From positions 139,562,001-139,626,000 of the forward strand of contig OX597817.1 in assembly GCA_951406725.2 (NCBI GenBank): DNA of 64,000 nt, written 5' to 3'. The stretch's first letter is position 1. Each line of letters opens with the position of its first letter. The DNA is from Octopus vulgaris. Lineage: Eukaryota. The translations under genes and the position numbers were made by a program. The notes under the pieces were generated by a model, which saw only the letters and a program-made list of their open reading frames with translations, ran no database searches and was not told the DNA's origin. Positions 23,555-35,209 of the stretch are shown here, piece after piece.

Positions 23555-24545
23555 ATCATCATCATCATCATTCAACGTTCGTTCTCCATGCTGGCATGTG
23601 TTGAAGAGCTGCACCAGGTTCAGTAGTCTGATTTGGCTTGGTTTCTAAGGCCAGATGCCCTTCCTAACACTGACCACTTTTCAGAGTGTGTCGGGTGCTT
23701 TTTACATGTTCTATGTGGTGCCTGCCCCGGCACCTTCATGTGTCACTGGCACAGGTGCTGTTGCATTGTGCTGGCACGAGTGCCTTTTATGTGGCGCTGA
23801 CACAGGTGCTTTATTACATGACATTAGCACGGGGCCCTTGCAGGCCAATTCTCATCATCAGGGGGAGCAGCATTGACACTTCTGCTGTGTAAGGCGGGTC
23901 TTCTTGAGTCTGGCAAGACACCAGACATCTCAATCCTTTGTCATCTCAACCATAAGGTCCTATGTCCTGAGCTCATCCTTCAGTACTCTGTCCCATGTCT
24001 TCCTGGGTCTCCTATCCTCTTTCAGGGATCAGCACTTCTTTACAGACTTGTCAGCATCCATCCACATCACATGACCAAACCAGCGCAGTCTTCTCTCTTG
24101 CACACTGCACCTAATTCCTCTCATGCCTAACTTCTCTCTCAATACATTAGCACTCTGTCACACTTGTACACTTACATTACACATCCAGCAGAGCATACTA
24201 ACCTCATTCCCCTCTATCCTTCACATGTCCTCTGCATTTAGAGCCTGCATCTCACTACCATGTAGAATTGCTATTCGTATAGATGCATCGTACAATCTTC
24301 CTTTTGCTTGGTTGCCAACAGATATAAAGCTCTCTGAATTTTCTCCATCCTATTCTTATTCTAGTTATTACACTTTCAATACATCCTCCCCCAACTACTA
24401 ATTTGGTCCCCTAAGGTGTAGAAATTATCCACTACCTCTAAAGAGCTTCCAGGGCATTTGAGAATCTTTTGTTTATATGGATCCTGTCTGTTTTCTTTTT
24501 TACTGAAACCTTAGTCCTTTCTAAGTTAACCTTAAGGCCCTTCAT
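23555..24545 (-). mobile_element. Older RTE 3' fragment with tail
   Basis: Reverse-complement similarity to the adjacent plus-strand copy. Confidence 0.75.
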
Positions 24546-24559
24546 ATACACACACACAC

Positions 24560-25730
24560 GTTACCTAGGTGACCAAGTCAGTAGCAGGGGAGGGTGTGCT
24601 GATAGTGTAGCTGCTAGAATAAGAAAAGCCTGGGCAAAGTTCTGAAAGCTTTTACCTCTGCTGGTGACAAAGGGCCTCTCGCTCACAGTAAAAGGTAGAC
24701 TGTACGACACATGTGTATGAACAGCCATGCTACATGGCAGTGAAACATGGGCTGTGACTGCTGAGGACAAACTTAAGCTCCCAAGGAATGAAGCCAGTAT
24801 GCGCTGCTGGATATGTAATGTCAGTGTGTATACTCAACAGAGTGTAAGTACCGTGAGAGAAAAGTTGGACCTAAAAAGCATCAGATGTGGTGTGCAAGAG
24901 AGACGACTGCGTTGGTATGGTCATGTGGCAAGAATGGATGAGGATAGCTGTGTGAAAAAGTGCCACACCTTAACAGTTGAGGGAACCTGTGGAAGAAGTA
25001 GACCCAGAAAGACCTGGGATGCGGTGGTGAAGCACGACCTTTGAACATTAGGCCTCACCAAGGCAATGACTAGTGACCGAGACCTTTAGAAATATGCTGT
25101 GCTTGAGAAGACCCAGCAAGCCAAGTGAGACCATAACCCGTAACCTATGCCAGGGGTGTAACCAGCCCACTTATGTGTACCTTTCCTATATTGGACACTA
25201 ACTCTGCTTGCGAAGACCTGTTGAGGTAAGTGAAATCGAAATCAAATCAAATTCACAAATTCAATGACTGGTACCTGTGCCAGTGGAGCACTATGAGCAC
25301 AATCTGAGCGTGATCGCTGCCAGAGCAGCAAACTAGCTTCCGTGCCGGTGGCACATAAAAAGCACCATTCAAACGTGATCATTAGCAGCGTCACCTCACT
25401 GGCACTTGTGCCAGTGGTATGTGAAAAACATTCAAGTGATGTCGTTGCCAGTGCCGCTGGACTGACTCCTGTGCAGGTGGCACGTAAAAAACACCACTTG
25501 AGCATGGCCGTTGCCAATACAGCCTGACTGTCCCTCATGCCAGTGGCACGAAAAAGCACTCACTACACTCTCGGAGTGGTTGGCATTAGGAAGGGCATCC
25601 AGCTGTAGAAACTCTGCCGGATCAGATTGGAGCCTGGTGCAGCCATCTGGTTTGCCAGTCCTCAGTCGAATTGTCCAACCCATGCTAGCATGGAAAGTGG
25701 ACGTTAAGCGATGACGATGATGATGATGAT
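24560..25730 (+). mobile_element. 5'-truncated RTE LINE (C-terminal ORF, 3' UTR array, (GAT)n tail)
   Basis: MLHGSETWAV...[13 protein letters not shown]...GRSRPRKTW. Confidence 0.92.
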
Positions 25731-26210
25731 GATATATATATATAGTCTGATGATAGTTTAGCTGCCCAAAAGTTCAAAGTCATTATCAAGAACATTCTCG
25801 AATAAGAACAATAAATTTGTACTCTACAGAGTGACCCATCAGATTAATATTAAATCGTTTTTATTAGGACTGAACATAAAAACAAACAGTAATATAAACA
25901 GTGGAATATCAGTTTATGAATTTAATTCATTCCTGAAGGCCGTTTTTCACCCAAAATGTCTGCAAACTGAAAGTATTTTTCCCATAGGAAATTGAAGAGA
26001 AGTCACAGTGAATTCAAGTGAAACCCAAGCAGCAACTGGTATTCCTAGCTTGATGCCAACCATTGTTGTTATCTTGCATCTTTGTTACTGAAGACACCAT
26101 TCATCACCTATTACTTTTTATGCTTGAAAAATTGTTCATAAGCCAATTTGTTTGTGATGAGAGATGTTTGTAAATTGAGGTTCCACTGCATATATATATA
26201 TATATATATA

Positions 26211-27027
26211 TGTAATGTCAGTGTACATACTCGACAGAGCGTTAGCACCTTGAGAGAAATGTTGTACCTAAGAAGCATCAGTTGTGGTGTGCAAGAGAGA
26301 CGATTGCGCTGGTATGGTCATGTGGCGAGAATGGATGAAGATAGGTGTGTGAGAAAGTGCCAATGCCTAGCAGTTGAGGGAACCCTGTGGAAGAGGTAGA
26401 CCCAGGAAAACCTGGGATGAGGTGGTGAAGCACGACCTTCGAACTTTAGGCCTCACTGAGGAAATGACCAGTGACCGAGACCTTTGGAAATATTCTGTAC
26501 GTGAGAAGACCAGGCAGGACAAGTGAGCCCAGCCCACTTATGAATGCCTTTCCTCCCTTGGACACAAAGACCTGTTGAGGCAAGCGAAGTCGATATAGAA
26601 CCTCATCCGACGACAGGCACCCATGCCAACCCCTCTGCTTGCGAAGACATGTTGGGGCAAGCGAAATCGAAATCGAAACCGAATTGAACCAGCCAGGATC
26701 CCTGGTCTGGTGGTACGTAAAAAGCACTATCCGACTCGTGGCCGATGCCAGCACCGCCTCGACTGGCTTCCGTGCCGGTGGCACATAAAATACACCAATC
26801 CGACCGTGGCCGTTGCCAGCCTCGCCTGGCACCTGTGCAGGTGGCACGTAAAAAGCACCCACTACACTCACGGAGTGGTTGGCGTTAGGAAGGGCATCCA
26901 GCTGTAGAAACATTGCCAGATTAGACTGGAGCCTGGTGCAGCCTTCTGGCTTCCCAGATCCCCGGTCGAACCGTCCAACCCATGCTAGCATGGAGAACGG
27001 ACGTTAAACGATGATGATGATGATGAT
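26211..27027 (+). mobile_element. Young 5'-truncated RTE LINE
   Basis: [18 protein letters not shown]..., CpG-rich 3' UTR, (GAT)n tail. Confidence 0.92.
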
Positions 27028-27644
27028 TAAAGGAAAAGGAAAAAAACAAAGCCAAGGCAGGATGAGCATCTCAGGGCACTTAGAATACTTAATTAGAGTA
27101 AGGTGCATCAAAAAAGGAGAAGTAGAAGTAATTAGTGTCTTACAGTTGCTTCTGGGATATCCCAGGTGAGGGGTCACTATCCCCATACACTGGGTATTCC
27201 ATCATCAGAGGCAAGGTGTTTATGCAGGAAAGTTCCAGACAGAGAATTCATGGTACATAGAAGAATAAAAGAATAGATAGAAGAATAAAGACTGCAGAAT
27301 AAAGTTCACAGATCATCTTGTTCCAGAGGGTATGGAGGTTAGTCTGTATTTCCATGAAAGTATATCCCCTTAAATATAATCCCAGGTAAATATTTAAGAA
27401 GCTATACCTTGATGATTTATTCAAGAACCGAATCAATGAGTTCTAACTTCATTCCAAATTGCTGAAAATTTTCTTATGGGGATGTAATTTCACATGCTTT
27501 TACTCATAACCTACAACTGTATTGGCATCTAGTAATGATGTGCGTATGCACGTGTGTGTGAGGATGCGTTTGTGTGTGTAATACCAGTTAAGACTGGTTA
27601 ATAAGAATGCATATTGCATGTTTTCTTTCCTCAAAGTTGATTTA

Positions 27645-27691
<47 letters not shown>

Positions 27692-27876
27692 GGATCTGAA
27701 AGTAGGACAACAAACTAGAAAATTTATGTTTTTGTTATGTCTCCCGGCAGTCTATTATATTTATGCCAATCAACCTGCTCTAATGACAGCTGGCTGTTTA
27801 AACAGACCTCAGTGGATTTATGATGGAATCTTTTGTCTTAAGTATTCGTGATAACTGACAAGATGGAATAATAATA

Positions 27877-27918
<42 letters not shown>

Positions 27919-27921
<3 letters not shown>

Positions 27922-28461
27922 CCCTGATGCAGTACCAGGCAGTGGCTCTCAGGGCTTCTGATCTTAACTGACTGGAAGTGTTATCATGTACATTGTTTTG
28001 TTTTGGTATAAAAGATGGGCTACAGCAAATATTCTGCTCAATATCACAGATTTGCTTGTCAGTTGTTTGACCTTAACCAGTTGAGCATGTCCCTTAGTGG
28101 CTGACGATATGTGCATCTCTGATCACGAGCAGAAGTAGTGGGGGAGCATCATAGCCATGTGTTGAGAGGGATTCTTTGGGGTTTGAATAATTCACCTCTG
28201 GAAACATGGGTGGTTCTTTCAACATCCTTAAACATCCCTTATTCAGGGACCTTTTGAGCGGGATGGGCTACTCAACCTGAAGAAAATTCTAACTGGGCCC
28301 CCTCCTGCAAGGTCATGTGCTGTTTATCTTGATATGAGATCACCATGTTGTGCTGCATGTGCCTGGTGTACCCTTATCAGACGGGTAGTCATGATGGGTA
28401 TATTGGGCTTCGTATATTTTACCCCAGTGTCACTTTGATGGCATGAACTGCTCTCTCACTC
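27919..28461 (+). mobile_element. About 540-bp non-coding interspersed repeat flanked by (TAA)n on both sides
   Basis: Homologous to 29106-29560 and 13370-13603; strand inferred from truncation pattern. Confidence 0.8.
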
Positions 28462-28574
28462 AATGATAATAATAATAATAATAATAGTTTTTAGTTTAAG
28501 CCAAAGGCCAGCAGTTTTGTGGTGAGTCAGGGGTTATTTTATCAACTTTGAAAAGATGAAAGGCAGGGACATAA

Positions 28575-28935
28575 AATGAGAAGTGTCCTCAAGAATAATG
28601 AGTATAAGATCTTGTGATACTCAGTGCTTGATGCTCAGAGACCAGACATTGTTGTATTGGATAAAATGATGAACGAAGCCAAATCATAGATATTGGCATA
28701 CATAGGGATGCAAGAGTAGGTGACGAAGAGTTCAAAAATATTGGAAAGTAGAATCTACGAAAAGATGAAGTTACACGAATATGAGCAATGAAGAGGGTAA
28801 CTGTGAATGCCAGTCATTGTAGGAACACTGAGAACATTAACAACCAGGTTTGAGAAAATTGTGGGTGACAATTGGGATTGAAAAAAAAAACTGCTTAATT
28901 GGGTTCAGAAAGGATTTTGAGATTGCTACTTGGGT
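28575..28935 (+). mobile_element. Decayed R4/Dong-like endonuclease fragment
   Basis: RPDIVVLDK...AKIIDI...DARVGDEE...PVIVGTL. Confidence 0.7.
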
Positions 28936-29559
28936 GTTAAGTACCGTGGGAAGAGACCCTGTGAGATCTTTGACAAAAAGTTGATGTCTGCTTTGATAGA
29001 ATTAACCAGAGCAATTAAAATCAAGAGCTCTGAGTAGTGAAATGGAAATAATGATAATAATAATAATAATAATAATGATAATAATAATAATAATAATAAT
29101 AATAAATGCCCTGACGCAGTACCAGGTAGTGGCTCCATTGGTTTCTGACCTTAACTGATTGAAAGTGATATTGTACATTGTTTTGTCTTGGCATAAAAAA
29201 TGGGCTACAGCAAATATTCTGCTCAATACTGCAGATTTGCTTGTCAGTTGTTTGGCCTTAACCAGTTGAACATGTCCCTTAGCGGCTGATTATATGTGCA
29301 TCTCTGATCATGAGCAGAATAGTCGGGGAGCATCATAGCCATGTGTTCAGAAGAATTCTTTGAGGTTTAAATAATTGACACCTGGAAACATCAGTGTTTC
29401 GTTCACCATCCTTAAGCAAACCTTATTCAGGGACCTTTTGAGCAGAATGGGCTACTCAAACTGAAGAAAATTCTAACACGGTCCCACCTGCAAGGTCATG
29501 CACTGTCTATCTTGATATGAGATCACCATGTTATGCACATATGATTGTGATTCATGTGC

Positions 29560-31500
29560 TTGGACCTCATCTCAACCACTTACTCTTCATGGGTGATTTA
29601 AAACTGTTCACAAAAGCAGAGACTGTGCAGATGTGCAGCAAGGATATAGGGATGGAATTCGGTATCTCGAAGTGTGCAGTACTCACTTTGAAGCGGGAGA
29701 AAAGAGCAGATTGTAGGGGCATAGAACTACCAAATGGAGAGTGAACGGAAGACTATGGATGATGGTGAGTACAACAACCTTGAGATCCTGAGAAAAGAAA
29801 GACAGTGTCACCACTGCATATTTGAAGTGCCTCACTTTTCTCTCAAAGTCAAAACTCAACTCCAGGAACCTTGTAACTGCCATCAACATATGGGTTGTTG
29901 CTGTTGTCTGCTGTGGTGCACCCATTGAAATGAACACGAGTGGAGATTAACCTTGATTGTACTACTTGAAAGACAATGACAAGCCATGGTGCCTTCTGCC
30001 ATAAGGCAAACATACACAGGCTCTACATGAAGAGGTGTAAAGGTGGATATGGGCTGATTAGGGTACAGCAAAACATAAACAGTGAAAGAAGAAACATGGC
30101 AGAATATTTGGTAAACAGCAAACAAGACCTGCTAGAGTATGCTAAATTTACCAACGAGGTCATTGCCAGTACCACCTGACTGGCCCCCGTGCCGGTGGCA
30201 CGTAAAAAGCACCCACTACATTCTCGGAGTGGTTGGCTTTAGGAAGGGCATCCAGCTGTAGAAACTCTGCCAAATCAAGATTGGAGCCTGGTGCAGCCAT
30301 CTGGTTCGCTAGCCCTCAGTCAAACCATCTAACCCATGCTAGCATGGAAAGTGGACGTTAAACGATGAATGAACGAAAGTTGAGAGTCTCATGAATTCTG
30401 ATCACAAACAGCCAATGAAAGAGAAGAAACCCTGCTCCACATGGAATTACATGGTCAGTTCCACCATGAAACTAACAACTTAAAAGATCAGGAAGCATCA
30501 TGGAGGTGGGTCAGCATGGGTGACCTAAAAAAGAATACTGAAAGCGTAGTCATCACTGCCCAGGATCAGGTATTGAATATCAACTCAGTGAAAACTCTGG
30601 AGAATATGTTGGAAGAGGGCTGAAAGCATGACTCCCATTGTTAGTGCTTGTGAATGTCTTGCACAGAAAGAGTACAAGCACAAACACAACAAGGTAGCAC
30701 AGAACCTTCACTGACTGCAATGCCAGAAGTATGGATACGAGGTAATGGGTGCTTGGCAATGAGCTGGCAGAAACATTAGCACACCAGGTGAAATGCGTAG
30801 CCGTATTTCATCTGCCGTTACGTTCTGAGTTCAAATTCCACCGAGGTTGACTTTGCCTTTCATCCTTTCGGGGGCGATAAATTAAGTACCAGTTACACAC
30901 TGGGGGCAATATAATCGACTTAATCCGTTTGTCTGTCCTTGTTTGTCCTCTCTCTGTTTAGCCCCTTGTGGGTAGTAAAGAAATAGGTAATGGGTGCTTG
31001 GTACCAACATACACTGGAAAAGGTAATGGACGAAAAGGGGAAGGCAAAAATCTTCTGGGGCTTTGACTTTCAGAGAGACAAAGTGTTAGAGCACTGAAGA
31101 CTGGATGTAGTAACCTTTAGACGGTGCAAACAAGAGTGCCTAATAATTGATGTGGCAGTGCCAGGAGATTAACACATCATCATAAAAGAAAGAAGAAAAG
31201 TTGATAAATATGGAGATCACCATGATGTGGCAGCCACAAGAGTCAAATATAAGACTTGTTGTTGTCATTGAAGCATTGGGTTCAATACCACCCAACCTGA
31301 AGAAACATCTGAACTCTTTAGAAATACTCAGCAATCTTGGTGCATTGCTAAAGTTGGCTTTGCTTGGAACTGCATGCATATTGTGTAAAGTAGTGTCTGT
31401 CTGAGGCCCTTGTTGTGACTTGACAGACAGCAGAAACCCCCGGCAGACACAATATCTTCAAGCTACATTGCAATATTGGACAATGTGGGGTGTCTTACAT
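29560..31500 (+). mobile_element. 5'-truncated R4/Dong-like non-LTR retrotransposon (RT end, zinc knuckle, RLE), with nested RTE tail (30156-30370) and SINE
   Basis: HLLFMGDLKLF, DIGMEFGISKCA, RLYMKRCKGGYGL, LHGQF, TESVVITAQDQ, CLIIDVAVPGD, KLALLGTACIL; ends in aataataat. Confidence 0.88.
30757..30984 (+). mobile_element. SINE family A
   Basis: 17-bp TSD aggtaatgggtgcttgg (30740-30756, 30985-31001). Confidence 0.9.
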
Positions 31501-31760
31501 AATAATAATTTGTTTGTTTATTGGCCACAAGGGCTAACAAAAATCAATTATAACATAAAGGGACAAAACACAGGACGAAAGTTACAAAGTGTTTTGTCCG
31601 TTTGAAAAAGTCCAAGTACAAAATAGTTCTCCGCAGGGTTTTTGGAGCATGGTCAGTAAACAAGTGTCACCTTAGTCTGCTGGCCTTGGACAGTTGACAC
31701 TTCCCATCATACCCAGCAAAATAAGCTGAGAGTTTTCATCAAATAATAATAATAATGATG

Positions 31761-31809
<49 letters not shown>

Positions 31810-31870
31810 TTTGTGTATTAATCACAAAGGCTTCGCTTAAGAAAAACATTAAGGATAGCACAGGACAAAA

Positions 31871-31909
<39 letters not shown>

Positions 31910-31971
31910 GTGAGTGTTATATGTGTAAATAGGTTTATCTAAAAAACAATAATTTTTTAACTAATATAGTT

Positions 31972-32810
31972 CATCATCATCATCATTATCATCATTGTTT
32001 ACTGTCTGTTTTCCATGCTGGTATGGGTTGGATGATTGGACAGAAGTTGGTCAGCCAGGGAGATGTTCAGACTCCACTTGTTTGTTGTGGCATGGTTTCT
32101 ACAGCTGGATGCCCTTCCTAACACCAACCACTTAACAGAGTGTGCTGGGTGCTTCTTATGTGCCACTGGCACTGGGGCATTTATGCTGCACCAGCATGAG
32201 TGCATGTCATGTGACACTGGCATGGGTGCTTTTCATGGGGCACTGGCACCTGAAAGGCCCAGCCTGTATGTGCGGAAGACAGGGATTTTATTTAGCCTGA
32301 CACATCCTATCAAGTACAGCAAATCACCACATCTCCTGGCCCCTTGTCAGTGAGGCCCAGCATATGAAGATCCTTTTCACCACTCTGTCCCATCCCTTCC
32401 TGGGTATACCCCTTCCACAATTAGAGCTCAGCACTTCTTTATGCAGCTATCCTCATCCATACGCATCACATGACCAAACCATTGCAATCTTCTCTCTTGC
32501 ACACAACATCTGATACCTCTTACACCCAGTTTTCCTCTGAAAATCATTCACACTCTGTCATGCACACACACACTGACATTACCCATCCCAGCAGAGCATG
32601 CTACTTTCATTTCTTTCAAGCCTTCCCATGTCCTCCTGTAGTCAAAGCCCATGTTTCACTGCCATGTAACATAGCTGTACATACACACAAACATCTGACA
32701 GTCTGCCTTTCACTCTGAGGGAGAGGCCCTTAGTCACCAACAAAGGTAGAAGCTCTCTGAACTTTGCCCAGCCCATTCTTATTCTAGCAACCATTCTTTC
32801 AGAACATTTT
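31972..32810 (-). mobile_element. RTE 3' fragment with tail
   Basis: [30 protein letters not shown]. Confidence 0.85.
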
Positions 32811-32949
32811 CTCCTCTCCTCCACTGCTAACTTGGTTGCCTGGATAAAACTGTTATGTCTTAACTCTATGAACACAAAGCATTTCCATGGCAACAATGTA
32901 TTCACATACACCAACTTACTCTGTAACAAACAAACTTTCAAATTTTCCT

Positions 32950-33718
32950 GTGGCTGTGTGGTAAGTAGCTTGCTTACCAACCATATGGTTCTGGGTTCAG
33001 TCCCACTGCGTGGCACCTTGGACAAGTGTCTTCTACTATAGCTTCGGGCCGACCGAAGCCTTGTGAGTGGATTTGGTAGATGGAAACTGAAAGAAGCCCG
33101 TCGTATATATGTATATATAAACCGGAATCGAAATCGAAATCGCTCAAAAATCAATGGAAATTGTAGTTGTGATACCAGTGCCAGTGGCACGTAAAAGAAC
33201 CATCCGAACATGGCCGTTACCAGCGCCGCCCCGACTGGCCTCCGTGCCGGTGACATGTAAAAAGCACTAACCGATCGTGGCTGTTGCCAGCCTCACCTGG
33301 CACCGTACTGGTGGCACGTAAAATGCACCCACTACACTCTTGGAGTGGTTGGTGTTAGGAAGGGCATCCAGCTGTAGAAACAATGCCAGATCAGACTGGG
33401 CCTGGTGCAGCCTCCAGGCTTCCCAGACCCCAGTCAAACCGTCCAACCTATGCCAGCATGGAAAGCGGACGTTAAATGATGATGATGATGATGTGTATGT
33501 GTGTGTATATGTTTGTGTGTCTGTGTTTGTCCCCTCAACATCGCTTGACAACCGATGCTGGTTTGTTTACGTCCCTGTAACTTAGCGGTTCGACGAAAGG
33601 GACCAAAAGAATAAGTACTAGGCTTACAAAGAATAAGTCCTGGGGTCGATTTGCTTGACTAAAAGGCGGTGCTCTAGCATGGCCGCAGTGAAATGGTTGA
33701 AACAAGTAAAAGAGTAAA
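32950..33718 (+). mobile_element. tRNA-head SINE family C, with an RTE tail (33120-33492) inserted in its internal microsatellite
   Basis: ggctgtgtggtaag...ggttcagtccc head, gcaccttggacaagtgtctt core, gtaaaagag tail; relatives near 53072-53620, 60470-60625, 43530-43640. Confidence 0.8.
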
Positions 33719-35209
33719 ATCTAAAAATAAAAGCAACACTATGTCAGAAGATGTACGTCTGCAATATAACCATTGTGTCATCACTATCCTATCCTCTTCT
33801 TCTCAAACAACTTTCATCATCATCATCATCACCACCACCACCACCAACACCACCATCATCATCATCATTCAGCAGTTTCCGTGCTGCTATGTCCTCCAGC
33901 ATTGGAGGACCACATCTTGCTCTGTTGTTTCAGTTTTAGCTTGGGTTCTATTGTTGGATGCCCTTCCTAATAGCGAGTCCTTTACAGAGTGTACTGGGTG
34001 CCTCTTCTGTGGTACCAGCACTGGTGAGGTTACCCTGTAACTTGCAAAGATAAGAAACCCTTTTGCCTGGGGTGGGGGAGACTATGAGATAGAGGGAACA
34101 CTTTATGATGGGAGGAGTGGGGACAGGTTTGTTGTGGAGGAGGTTCATGACTTCCTTGTGTTGGACATTGTTGGCAGGGTTTGACTGAAGTGGCACAATA
34201 ATGAAGTGCCACAGCATACCCCTCAGGACAAGGTGAAAGGAACAAAGTATGGAAACATTAGAATCAGAAGGAATGGGTAAGGCTGCAAAAGTATGGAAGG
34301 AGAATGAGAGAAGGGTATGTGAAGTGGAGGTGGTGAAATGTGAACGGGGGGGGGGGGTGAATTTAGTGGATGGTTAATGAGGAGAAAGGTGATCAATGAT
34401 AAGTAAGGATGGAGGTTACAGTAAGAATGCTGAACAGATATCAGTTGGGAGTAACTGAGGGGAGAGTGAGTGGTGACTGGCAGTACACAAATGGTGATAT
34501 GAAATGGTTTGTAGAAACAGGTTATAACTTCATTATCTACAGCAGCAGAGTAATAAAATAGGTGAGAAAATGATGGGGCAATTGAGTGATAGAGAGAGGA
34601 ATAGATGTGTGTGTGGGGGGTGACAGTTGTGAGAATATTGGGGAAGATTGAAAGATGAATAGAAAAGGGTGGGAGTGGATGAATAGTAAAAATGAGGGTA
34701 AATATGGGTGGGGAATGATGATGTTAAAAATGCAGAATAGATGTCAATGGAGGTTTCAGGGAGAGATCCAGTTGTGTGGATGGAAAGGGAGAAGAGGAAC
34801 ATGAAAGGAGTGCAGTGTGTAGGACTGAGTTGTGCACACTGGGTCCATACATGTTTCCACAACCTCACTTGTGTACAAAAACATTATAATTCCAGAATTC
34901 CAGTCATGCTGTTCTAGCATCACAGATGAGCAGCTCATGAAGATCTGCTCATCTGTGATGCTAGAGCGGCAAACCAACACAACCTTCACTCTGGCACCCT
35001 ACTGATTCCTATTTTGCTTAGTTTGTCCCTCAACATATTCATACTTTGTTATTTATGCACACTCTTAGAGTGGTTGGCATTAGGAAGGGCATCCAGCTGT
35101 AGAAACTCTGCCAGATCAGATTGGAGTCTGGTTCGCCAGACCTCAGTCAAATCATCCAACCCATGCTAGCATGGAAAGCGGACGTTAAATGATGATGATG
35201 ATGATGATG

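Noticed and set aside
27920-27960. HDV-like ribozyme at gccctga...tcagggc
   Set aside because: No P3/L3 core is evident and the pairing is lost in the second copy at 29107
32642-33256. 204-aa minus-strand ORF (also 181 aa at 26446-26991)
   Set aside because: Chance read-through across adjacent repeat fragments (RTE tail, SINE, RTE ORF end)
34060-34830. Long purine-rich tract as a unique regulatory or G4 element
   Set aside because: Similar tracts accompany the same repeat family at 15840-16250, 22010-22200 and 43860-44050, so it is repeat-derived
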